64,000 nucleotides of DNA from Chrysemys picta bellii (lineage: Eukaryota). Of this stretch, positions 49,721-61,300 are shown piece after piece. A model generated the notes under the pieces. The model was not told the DNA's origin. It saw nothing but the letters and a program-made list of their open reading frames with translations, and ran no database searches. The DNA lies in assembly GCF_011386835.1 (NCBI RefSeq), contig NC_088807.1, positions 23,250,001-23,314,000 of the forward strand. The letters are read 5' to 3'. The number at the start of each line of letters is the position of its first letter. The stretch's first letter is position 1. The translations under genes were made by a program, and so were the position numbers.

Positions 49721-50727
49721 CCCATTGGCTGAGAGGCAGGGTCAAGTCCCGCCCCCTAGGGTGGGCTCTAGGGCAGGGCGGGGGACTGTATAGGGGGATG
49801 TGCCCAAAGATGGGGCGGGGCTCAGAGGTTTGGGGTCCCTGCTCCCAGGGAGGGGACCCCTTAACCCCACCTAGGGGCCCATCGCCTTGCTGCCCCCTGG
49901 TGGGCAGAGTGGGAAGTGCAACCCCCTGGGCCCCTCACTCCCAACCCGCAGCCCCTGCGAGCCCGGCCCTGGGCTCCCCCCAAACACCCACCCAGCTGAA
50001 GCTGACAATGGGAGGGGGTTCTCATGAGCACCCAGAGGGAAGGGGGATTTATGGGGACACCTGATCCTCCCCCACTCTCATGGGACTCTGTACGGGGGCA
50101 GCAGGGGAAGGGAGAATCCTTCAACTGGCCCCCTCGCCCCCAGGCAGCTCCCTCCCCTGTTACCCCCTTTTCCTGCCTGTTGGTGTCTCTGGGGCTCCCC
50201 TGTGGAGGGGTACCGGAGTTGGGGAGACCTTCGAGCTCGCCGGGGCCTGGCCAGGGAATACGCTGCAGTCTGTACAGGGAAGGGGTCACTACACGGGGGG
50301 CTGTGGAATTTGTCCCCCGTGTGTGTGCGGGAATGGCCCGTGTTCGAGTTCGGGTCTGCCCAGAGGCAGGCCGCTGCAGGAAGGCAGGCGGCCGGACGAC
50401 CGAGGAGGGGCCAGGCGGGGTTGTTAAGATGGGGAGACTCCTGAACTGGGGGACAAGAGGGCTCAGGGGGGGCCGGGCTGAGGAAGCTGGACCCTGGTGT
50501 AACTTTGGGTTCTCTGCGCTAACCCGACGGCTCTTACCCCACGGCGTGAATGTCCCTGCAGCTCCTGGAGGTGGGGGCTCGGCTCCCTTTGGGGGACACG
50601 GCTCGCTGAGGGGCCCAGCGCAGGCGGAGCTGTGGAGGGAGCTCACGGCGTGAAGCCGGGGGGAAGACCCTGAGGTTGGGTCCCAGGAGCGGGTGAAGCC
50701 AAGGGGCGGCGGACCCTAGTGACACAG

Positions 50728-51130
50728 CATCACGGACTCACAGGTCGGGCCAACTCTTGGCCCTGTGTGGTCCGTTGGGGGGACCCTCTTTAGCGCGACA
50801 GCCCTTCTCGGGGGTCCCCTCTCTCCCGGGGTCAGGCCCCCCACCTCCTGGAGCTGCACCTCTCTGAGCCTTAGCACGTCTGTCTCTGCCGTGGGCCCCC
50901 TCAGGGAGTCCACTCGCTCCGGACCCCTGGGGCCTCCACCCCCGAAGGGGACGATGCCTCCGCCCCCCCCCCCCGCCCCCGTTCTCTAGGCCAGAGCGAC
51001 TCTCAGCCGGCGTAACACAGGAGGGTTTAGTGAGCGTCTGAACAGGACTTTGGGCCCAGAAATTTAACAAACTGTCCCAACGCACCTGGAGACAGACCGC
51101 GGGGACGTGATAAAACATGGCAGCCCCAGA
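50728..51130 (+). mobile_element. Gypsy-like LTR fragment in the PLEKHA4 3' region
   Basis: TCACGGACTCACAGGTCGGGCCAACTCTTGGCCC..; a related short fragment is at about 12906-12985 and an inverted copy at about 53920-54250. Confidence 0.65.
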
Positions 51131-51346
51131 GGGGACGCTTCCCAGCACCGGGCGAGGGGTCCCTGCATACCAAGCCCCCGCGCCCCACCCCAGAGGGGCC
51201 GCGTCCCGGTGAGGGGGCCCTGCATACCCAGCCCCCGTGCCCCACCCCAGAGGTGGCTGGGAACTCATCCTAGATTTAACCTGGTCCCTCTGGGGGTACG
51301 TTGGGGGGTTTCTTCCTTCTGGAGTATATTGCAGAGAAATGTAACC

Positions 51347-51352
51347 AATAAA
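51347..51352 (+). terminator. Probable PLEKHA4 polyadenylation signal
   Basis: First AATAAA seen after the stop at 49720, followed by U-rich sequence. Confidence 0.55.
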
Positions 51353-51584
51353 TCTCATTTATTTAACCCTCGTGTAACCCCTGAATCTCAGCCTCTTTAT
51401 TCCAGAGACAACCCCCCCCCCCGGCTTTTCACAAGGCTGGTCAGAGCCGGCGCCCCCTAGGAGGGACAGGCCCCGTGCCCCATTCCCTGCCCCCCAAGCC
51501 AGCCAGTCCCCGCCCTGGGGCCGGGTGGGAGCCGGCGCCCCCTAGAGGGGACAAGCCCCCTGCCCCGCCCCCCTTTCGGGACAG

Positions 51585-51604
51585 GACTACATTTCCCAGG
51601 ATGC
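51585..51604 (+). promoter_or_regulatory. ZNF143/Staf-type motif in the HSD17B14 promoter
   Basis: GACTACATTTCCCAGGATGC, about 80 bp upstream of the ATG at 51685. Confidence 0.75.
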
Positions 51605-51684
51605 ACCGTTCTCTCGCCCCCCCCCCCCGGCCCATGTAGCTTCCCCTTTCCCGGCTCCGCTGCGGCCCGGGGGCGCCCTGCACC

Positions 51685-53264
51685 ATGGCCTCGGGGCTGC
51701 GCTACCCGGGCAAGGTGGCCGTAGTGACCGGGGGCAGCCGGGGCATCGGGGAGGCGATCGTCAGGGAGTTCGGTGAGTGGGGGCTGGGGAGGACCGGGGG
51801 GGGTGCAGCGGGAGCTGGGGCAGCAGGGACCCCTGGGGGGCTGTAGGGGGGGTCTCGGGGCGCTGCCGGGGGGGGAGCAGAGCCCTGCGGGGGGGGGAGC
51901 TGGGGATCAGGGCATGTGTGGGTGGGTGTGTGGGGGGGGGTCGGTATATTGCAGGAGGGTGGGGGTGGGGGTCGGGGTGGGGGGGAGACTCCAGGGCTGG
52001 GTCCCTTCCGTCTTGGATCTTCCTGGACTTTGTCCGTCTGTCCCGTGTCCGCCCGGCCATTCACTGACCCTGGGAGTCGCGGGCAGCAGTGAGATTTATG
52101 TGCCTTGCGATGTGTGGGGCTGGCCAGCAGGGGGCAGCAGAGACCCATCGTCTCCCAGGAGCACTGCTGTGGGGAAGCTCGCAGCGCTGGGGGGAGGGGG
52201 GAAGTTTCTGGTTAGGGGCACTGCTGTGGGGGAAGCTTGCAGCACTTGGGGGCGAGGGGGAAGTTCCTGGTTAGGGGCACTGCTGTGGGGAAGCTTGCAG
52301 CGCTGGGGGGGAGTTTCTGTCTGGGGACACTGCTGTGGGGAAGCTCGCAGCGCTGGTGGGAGGGGAGAAGTTCCTGTCTGGGGACACTGCTGCGGGGAAG
52401 CTCGCAGCGCTGAGGGAGGCATTCCCGTCTGGGGACACTGCTGTGGGGAAGCTCGCAGCGCTGGGGGGAGGGGGGAAGTTCCTGTCTGGGGACACTGCTG
52501 CGGGGAAGCTCGCAGCGCTGGGGGAGGCGTTCCCGTCTGGAGACACTGCTGGGGGGAGGGGGGAAGTTCCTGTCTGGGGACACTGCTGCGGGGAAGCTTG
52601 CAGAGCTGGGAGAGGCGTTCCATCTGTGGACACTGCTGTGGGGAAGCTCGCAGCACCCGGGGGGGGGTTACTGGCACTGGTGTTTTTGATGCTAACTTCA
52701 TTCTCTCATACCCCTCTCCCATTGTGCCCTGCTTTTTCTCCTCCCCCCTTTGTCCCCCTCCCGGCCCCCTCTTTTCTCTGTCCCCCCCAGTTCGGCAGGG
52801 GACTCACGTGGTTTTCTGTGCCCCCGAAGCTGAAGGTGAGAAATCACTCCCCACTTTTCTGGGACCCCCATGCTGCATGTTGGGAGCTCCGGGGTGGGGG
52901 TGCTGGGGCAGGGGATGTGGGGTGCTGGTTTGGGGGGGTGGATATTTCTCTCTCTGAGCCCCCAAATCTGTCCTCCCCCTGTGATGGGTGCGCCCCCCCC
53001 AGTGTCTGGCGTATCCGGCTCCTCCCCACTCCTGGATACCCCCCTCCCCCCGTGTTTGGCTGCCCCCCCCACCCTCCTTTTGCCTGCCCCCTCCTGGGAT
53101 CCCACCTCCCCTGGTGTCCAGCCTCCCCCCGGGCTGTCACCATCCCCTCCTTTCCCTTGCAGGGGCTGCGGGGGCGGGCACTGGAGCAGGCGCTGCGGGA
53201 CTCGGGGGGCCCCGGAGACCCCCATTTCCAGCCCTGTGATGTCACTAGCGAACGGGACATCCAG
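51685..53264 (+). CDS. HSD17B14: 17-beta-hydroxysteroid dehydrogenase 14, 5' half (exons 1-3)
   Basis: Exon 1 51685-51772 (MASGLRYPGKVAVVTGGSRGIGEAIVREF, SDR TGxxxGxG); exon 2 52791-52835 (VRQGTHVVFCAPEAE); exon 3 53163-53264 (GRALEQAL..FQPCDVTSERDIQ, one extra G). A gap follows in intron 3. Confidence 0.93.
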
Positions 53265-53419
53265 GTAGGCGGGGGGGATGGCGGGGGGATCTGTCCAGTT
53301 GGAGGGAGGGGGCAGATGCTGCAGGGGGGGCAGTGTCCCCAGTCCCCCCCCCCGGCTTTCTGTGGCGGGATGGGCAGTGCCCGGGGGTGGAGGTTCGGGG
53401 TCACCTCAGCTTGGAACCT

Positions 53420-53919
53420 NNNNNNNNNNNNNNNNNNNNNNNNNNNNNNNNNNNNNNNNNNNNNNNNNNNNNNNNNNNNNNNNNNNNNNNNNNNNNNNNN
53501 NNNNNNNNNNNNNNNNNNNNNNNNNNNNNNNNNNNNNNNNNNNNNNNNNNNNNNNNNNNNNNNNNNNNNNNNNNNNNNNNNNNNNNNNNNNNNNNNNNNN
53601 NNNNNNNNNNNNNNNNNNNNNNNNNNNNNNNNNNNNNNNNNNNNNNNNNNNNNNNNNNNNNNNNNNNNNNNNNNNNNNNNNNNNNNNNNNNNNNNNNNNN
53701 NNNNNNNNNNNNNNNNNNNNNNNNNNNNNNNNNNNNNNNNNNNNNNNNNNNNNNNNNNNNNNNNNNNNNNNNNNNNNNNNNNNNNNNNNNNNNNNNNNNN
53801 NNNNNNNNNNNNNNNNNNNNNNNNNNNNNNNNNNNNNNNNNNNNNNNNNNNNNNNNNNNNNNNNNNNNNNNNNNNNNNNNNNNNNNNNNNNNNNNNNNNN
53901 NNNNNNNNNNNNNNNNNNN
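53420..53919. other. Assembly gap (500 N)
   Basis: Run of N between HSD17B14 intron 3 and the inverted PLEKHA4 duplicate. Confidence 0.99.
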
Positions 53920-55316
53920 TGGGCCCAAAGTCCTGTTCAGACGCTCACTAAACCCTCCTGTGTTACGCCGGCTGAGAGTCGCTCTGGCCTAGAGAACGGG
54001 GGGGGGGGGGGGGGAAGGGGCATCGTCCCCTTTGGGGGTGGAGGCCCGGGGGGTCCAGAGCGAGTGGACTCCCTGAGGGGGCCCACGGCAGAGACAGACG
54101 TGCTAAGGCTCAGAGAGGTGCAGCTCCAGGAGGTGGAGGGGCCTGACCCCGGGAGAGAGTGGACCCCCGAGAAGGGCTGTCGCGCTGAAGAGGGTCCCCA
54201 CCATGGACCGCACGGGGCCAAGAGTGGGCATCTGTGAGTCCGTGATGCCGTGTCCCTAGGGTCCGCCGCCCCTTGGCTTCACCCGCTCCTGGGACCCAAC
54301 CTCAGGGTCTTCCCCCCGGCTTCACGCCGTGAGCTCCCTCCACAGCTCCGCCTGCGCTGGGCCCCTCAGCGAGCCGTGTCCCCCAAAGGGAGCCGAGCCC
54401 CCACCTCCAGGAGCTGCAGGGACATTCACCCCGTGGGGTAAGAGCCGTCGGGTTAGCGCAGAGAACCCAAAGTTACACCAGGGTCCAGCTTCCTCAGCTC
54501 GGCCCCCCCTGAGCCCTCTTGTCCCCCAGTTCAGGAGTCTCCCCATCTTAACAACTCCGCCTGGCCCCTCCTTGGTCATCCGGCCGCCCGCCTTCCTGCA
54601 GTGGCCTGCCTCTGGGCAGACCCGAACTCGAACACAGGCCATTCCCGCACAAACACGGGGGACAAATTCCACAGCCCCCCGTGTAGTGAGCCCTTCCCTG
54701 TACAGACTGCAGCGTATTCCCTGGCCAGGCCCCGGCGAGCTCGAAGGTCTCCCCAACTCCGGTACCCCTCCCCAGGGGAGCCCCAGAGACACCAACAGGC
54801 AGGAAAAGGGGGTAACAGGGGAGGGAGCTGCCTGGGGGCGAGGGGGCCAGTTGAAGGATTCTCCCTTCCCCCGCTGCCCCCGTACAGAGTCCCACGAGAG
54901 TGGGGGAAGATCAGGTGTCCCCATAAATCCCCTGTCCCTCTGGGTGCTCATGAGACCCCCCCTCATTGTCAGCTTCAGCAGGGTGGTGTTTGGGGGGAGC
55001 CCAGGGCCGGGCTCGCAGGGGCTGCAGTTCGGGAGTGAGGGGCACCGGCAGGGCTGGGGGGAGCCTAGGCCAGGCTCGCAGGGGCTGTGGGTTGGGAGTG
55101 AGGGCCCCAGGGGGGTTGCACTTCCCACTCTGCCCACCAGGGGGCAGCAAGGCGATGGGCCCCTAGGTGGGGTTAAGGGGTCCCCTCCCTGGGAGCAGGG
55201 ACCCCAAACCTCTGAGCCCCGCCCCATCTTTGGGCACATCCCCCTATACAGCCCCCCACCTTGCCCTAGAGCCCACCCTAGGGGGCGGGACTTGACCCTG
55301 CCTCTCAGCCAATGGG

Positions 55317-58300
55317 TTAGAAGCTGGACTGCAGTAGGGTGATCCTGATTGGCTGGCTCCCCTCGCCCAGGTACGCCACCACCTGCCTGGGCACGGCACG
55401 CCCACCCCGCCCCCGACACCCGCCATTGGCCATGTCCTTGTTACCCACAATCCTTTGCTCCGGCGCCCAATCCCCACATTCCTTTTGGGCGGCCCAGAAC
55501 GGAGGCGATGCCCGATTGGACGCCTTGGGTGCAGTCGACGTCTGATTGGCCAATGTGGGCAAAGGGGGTGCCCACTGAGACCCCTCGGACAGGGGCGATG
55601 CTCGATTGGCTGCCTCTGACAGACATGCTGCCTGATTGGCTGCTTCAGGCAAGGGTGAAAACCAATTGGAAAGCTCGGGAACAGGCAAGGCCCAATTGGC
55701 CGCTTGAAATCGAGACGACGCCTGATTGGCCGCTCCCGTCCGTTGCACTGAATTGGCGCTAAGTGCTGTATTCCGATTGGCTGGGGCACATGGTTCCGCC
55801 TCAACGTGATTGGCCTCTGGATGCCCCCGGGGGAGTGCGGGAGTAAACAGCGTGTGCTGATTGGTCACTGCATCCAGCGGCTCTGGGGAAGGGTCCGGAT
55901 TGGCCGCCAACTGGGGCTCAGGCGGGGTCTTCCCTGCACAGAGAGAGGAGACCAGAGTCACCGACCCCCCTCCCCGGTGCTGACATGCGGCCACCTCTGG
56001 GGTGGGGCGTGGGGGCTGGTGATACAGGGACCCCTGGCCGGGCGTGGAGATGCAGCCACCTCTGGGGTGGGGCGTGGGGGCTGGGGACCCCTTCAGGTGT
56101 CTGTCTGGTTCCTGGGAGCTTTAATGAATTAGACAGAGAGAAACATGGCCTTTCCCATCCTCCGGCCCCCCCAGGGACGCCCCCCCACACACACCTGTTC
56201 CCACCCCAGGGACCTGCCAGCAGGAGTCAGAAATTTCCCCAACAGCTGAACAGATTCCAGCAATTTTTCACTTCATTTGTTCAGCTATTTTCCCAGCTGG
56301 GATGGGAGTGGTGCTGGGGGGAGAGGGGAGGGGGATGGAAAGAGAGGTCACTGTGGGGGGACAGAACCCAGGAGTCCGGGCTCACAGCCCCGTTACCTGT
56401 GATGAGTTTCCTGCGCTCAGAGGCCTCGGTGGCTAGCGCGTATGCCAAGGTGATGACCCGGTGACGGTCTCTCTCGAGGGGTGGGGGAGACCGGCCCCAG
56501 GGCCCCCCGGTCTGGCCCCCCCTCGGCAGTGGCTCCATGGGGGTCTGGGTTGGCTCTGGCCCGAGGTCGGGGGAGTGAGTCGGAAGAGGGAGCTGGAGGA
56601 GGAATTTTAGGAGGGGGAAGTGAACGCGGGGGAAGCTCCATCCAGGAATCCGAGCTCTGGAGAGAACCACTCCACCCCGCTAGCCAGCGCTGCCCCCCAG
56701 AGCAGAACCCATCTTCTAACCCAGGAGTCCTGGCTCCCAGCCCCCTGCTCCAACCACCAGGCCCCACTCCCCTCCCAGAGCCAGGGAGAGAACCCAGGAG
56801 TCCTGGCTCCCAGCTCCCTGCTCTAACCACTAGCCTCCACTCCCCTCCCAGCACCAGAGAGAGAACCCAGGAGTCCTGGCTCCCAGCCCTCCCCTCCCCT
56901 CACAGGGTGGGTGAGATATGGGCTTTACTGGCGGAGACAATGGGTGTGGCCTCGGGACATGCCCCACCGCCTGGCAGCCGGTCAGCCCCTCCCCCGCAGG
57001 CTGCGTACCCACCCGGCTGGCGCTGGCCCGGACAGAGCCCTGCCGGGAGCCCCAGGGGTTCGGCCTGCCCCCCTCCTGCTGCCTCTGGCCTTCCTGGTGC
57101 CGGCGCATCCGCTCCAGCTGCTCCTGGACGCTCATCCGGGCCCGGTGGGGACCAGGGGGGTCCGTTGTGATCACCTGGGAGGTGGGGAGAATGGCAGGAG
57201 GGAACCCAGGCGTCCTGGCTCCCAGATCTCCCCCCTCCCCTGCGCTAACCACTCACCCACAATCCCCTCCCAGAGCCAGGAGAGAACCCAGGCGTCCTGG
57301 CTCCCAGGTCTCCCCCCTCCCCTGCTCTAACCACTCACCCACAATCCCCTCCCAGAGCCAGGAGAGAACCCAGGCGTCCTGGCTCCCAGCCCCTCCCCCC
57401 ACCCCCCGCTCTAACCACTAAACCCCACTCCCCTCCCAGAGTTGGGGATAGGACCCAGGTGTCCGGGCTCCCACACACTGACCCCCCAGGGGAAGGGAGG
57501 GAGCTACCTTGGCTGGCAGCTCCTTGGTTCTCTGCTCTCGGGGCTCATGGGGGCCTGGGCTGGGGCTCCGGGGCAGGTGGGGGGCGGCCGGAGGCGAGCT
57601 GAGACCTGTGGGGGGAGAAGCAGGGGTTAAAAGGGGGCTGGGAAGGGAGACCAAGGGCGAATGCTGCCCCAGCCGGGCTGGGCACGGGGGGGGGGGGGGG
57701 GGAACCGCACCTGGTGCCGCAACATCCGTCTCCTGCAGGGGGCGCCCTCCGTCCAGCTCGGGGGACCCGGCCCCTCTTCTAGAGGGGCTCTGAGGGGGCT
57801 GGGAGCCCCAGGCGTCTCCCCTCATTGCTCGGCCCTCTTCCAGGCCGCCAGCTGGCATGGCCTGCGGGGGAACAGAGAGAAACCCAGGGCCGGGCTAGCA
57901 GGGGCTGCGGGTCGGGAGTGAGGGGCACCGGCAGAGCTGGGGGGTGGGGGGGCTGGGCTGGCAGGGGCTGCGGGTTGGGAGTGAGGGGCACCGGCAGGGC
58001 TGGGGGGGAGAACAGGGCTGGGCTAGCAGGGGCTGCGGGTCGGGAGTGATGGGCACCGGCAGGGCTAGGGGGGGCAGGGCTGGGCTGGCAGGGGCTGCGG
58101 GTCGGGAGTGAGGGGCACTGGCAGGGCTGGGGGGGCAGGGCTGGGCTAGCAGGGGCTGCGGGTCGGGAGTGAGGGGCACCGGCAGGGCTGGGGGGGGCAG
58201 GACTGGGCTGGCAGGGGGCTGCGGGGCGGGAGTGAGGGCCTGGGTGCCCACCGCCCCGGAAAACAGGCCCCTCACCCTGAGGGGCAGCTCGTGGTCGTGG

Positions 58301-61300
58301 CCTCCCCCATCCAGCCCCAGGAGGGGCAGGTGGCTCCGGGCTGAGCCCCCCACATGCTCCAGAATGGAGGAGGCAGCCAGAGAGAAGCCTGAAAAGGAGA
58401 CGTGACAGCGTCAGCGACCCACTGAGTCCCCACCCCCCACAGCACAGCACAGCGCCCCCGATAGCCCCCACCCTGCCCCCCACAGCACAGTGCCCCTGAT
58501 AGCCCCACCCCCCACAGCACAGCACCCCCGATAGCCCCACCCTGCCCCCCACAGCACAGTGCCCCCTGATAGCCCCACCCCCCACAGCACAGCACCCCCG
58601 ATAGTCCCCACCCTGCCCCCCACAGCACAGTGCCCCCTGATAGCCCCACCCCCCACAGCACAGCGCCCCCGATAGCCCCACCCTGCCCCCACAGCACAGT
58701 GCCCCCTGATAGCCCCACCCCCCACAGCACAGCACCCCCGATAGCCCCACCCTGCCCCCCACAGCACAGTGCCCCCTGATAGCCCCACCCCCCACAGCAC
58801 AGCGCCCCCCGATAGTCCCACCCTGCCCCCCACAGCACAGCACCCCCGATAGCGCCACCCTGCCCCCCACAGCACAGCACCCCCGATAGCCCCACCCCCC
58901 ACAGCACAGCGCCCCCCGATAGCCCCACCCTGCCCCCCCAGCACAGCACCCCCAATAGCCCCACCCTGCCCCCCACAGCACAGTGCCCCCTGATAGCCCC
59001 ACCCCCCACAGCACAGCACCCCCGATAGCCCCACCCTGCCCCCCACAGCACAGTGCCCCCTGATAGCCCCACCCCCCACAGCACAGCGCCCCCGATAGCC
59101 CCACCCTGCCCCCCACAGCACAGTGCCCCCTGATAGCCCCACCCCCCACAGCACAGCACCCCCGATAGCGCCACCCTGCCCCCCACAGCACAGCACCCCC
59201 GATAGCCCCACCCCCCACAGCACAGCGCCCCCCGATAGTCCCACCCTGCCCCCCCAGCACAGCACCCCCAATAGCCCCACCCTGCCCCCCACAGCACAGT
59301 GCCCCCTGATAGCCCCACCCCCACAGCACAGCGCCCCCCGATAGTCCCACCCTGCCCCCCACAGCACAGCACCCCCGATAGCCCCACCCCCCACAGCACA
59401 GTGCCCGATAGTCCCACCCTGCCCCCCCAGCCCCACCCCCCACAGCACAGCGCCCCCCGATAGTCCCACCCTGCCCCCCCAGCACAGCACCCCCCGATAG
59501 CCCCACCCTGCCCCCCACAGCACAGCGCCCCCCGATAGCCCCACCCTGCCCCCCACAGCACAGCGCCCCCCGATAGCCCCCACCCTGCCCCCCACAGCAC
59601 AGCACCCCCCCGATAGCCCCACCCTGCCCCCCACAGCACAGCACCCCCGATAGCCCCACCCTGCCCCCCACAGCACAGCGCCCCCCGATAGCCCCCACCC
59701 TGCCCCCCACAGCACAGTGCCCCCTATCACCACCCTGGGACATTGCAGCCAGCACCTGGACTTGTCCTGGGGTCCAGGGCGGGGTAGGGGGCAGGGCTGG
59801 CTCCCAACCCCGCAATGATGTCGTCGATCATCCACAGCTCCTGCTGGGCGGCCCCCTGCTCCTGAGGGCAAAGGGCAGAGGGGAAAGGTCACGGCACAGT
59901 AATTAGCATCGGCCCCCAGGACCACCTACGGGCCCATCTACCCCGGTATCCCGCCTGCTCCCAGAATATCGTCTACGGCTGGTGCAGCCAGACAGACCAG
60001 GCGGTTCTCCCAGGCCCTGTGTCTCCTAGCCAGCGCTCCCACATCCCTATAGCTGTGAGGGGAGAGCGCCCCCTGCCGAGCCCCCCACCCCGCTCCCCGC
60101 AGCCCGGCGCCCCCGGCCGAGCCCCCCGCCCCGCTCCCCGCAGCCCAGCGCCCCCGGCCGAGCCCCCCACCCCGCTCCCCACAGCCCAGCGCCCTCTGTA
60201 CAATCCCGGTTTGCTTTAGGGATTTGCTGAGCGATTCGCCCAGGGAAATCATGTGGCAGGGAGTCCCACAAGCCCATCCCTTCAGCGCAGCGGCAAGATG
60301 GAGGTGCCCTAGCAGGGTGACGTACCTGGGGGTGCCCGAGCTGTCGGATCTGAGCCAGCGTTTCCCGCAGCGTCAGCAGCTCATTTTCTAGGCCGGCGAA
60401 ATCTCCCCAAGCCCTCTCGCTGTCCTGAATGGGAAACTGGTTATACAGGACCCGGGGCCGAGGTGCGGCCCCTCTGGGGTGGGGTTCGGGGGGCTGGCTG
60501 TACGGGGACCCGGGGCCGAGGTGCGGCCCCTCTGGGGTGGGGTTCGGGGGGCTGGCTGTATGGGGACCCGGGGCCGAGGTGCGGCCCCTCTGGGGTGGGG
60601 TTCGGGGGGCTGGGTGTACGGGGACCCGGCGCCGAGGTGCGGCCCCTCTGGGGTGGGGCGGGGGGCTGGGTGTACGGGGACCCGGCGCCGAGGTGCGGCC
60701 CCTCTGGGGTGGGCTTCGGGGGGCTGGCTATACGGGGACCCGGGGCCGAGGTGCGGCCCCTCTGGGGTGGGGTTCGGGGGGCTGGCTATACGGGGACCCG
60801 GCGCCGAGGTGCGGCCCCTCTGGGGTGGGGCGGGGGGCTGGGTGTACGGGGACCCGGGGCCGAGTTGCGGCCCCTCTGGGGTGGGGTTCGGGGGGCTGGG
60901 TGTACGGGGACCCGGGGCCGAGGTGCGGCCCCTCTGGGGTGGGGTGCGGGGGGCTGGGTGTACGGGGACCCGGGGCCGAGGTGCGGCCCCTCTGGGGTGG
61001 GGTGCGGGGGGCTGGGTGTACGGGGACCCGGGGCCGAGGTGCGGCCCCTCTGGGGTGGGGTGCGGGGGGCTGGGTGTACGGGGACCCGGCGCCGAGGTGC
61101 GGCCCCTCTGGGGTGGGGTGCGGGGGGCTGGGTGTACGGGGACCCGGCGCGGAGGTGCGGCCCCTCTGGGGTGGGGTGCGGGGGGCTGGGTGTACGGGGA
61201 CCCGGCGCCGAGGTGCGGCCCCTCTGGGGTGGGGCAGGGGGGTGGGTATACGGGGACCCGGCACCGAGGTGCGGCCCCTCTGGGGTGGGGCGGGGGGCTG

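Noticed and set aside
51685-53264. Two HSD17B14 paralogs or pseudogenes
   Set aside because: The two parts share no exon and both end at gaps; one gene split by scaffolding explains them.
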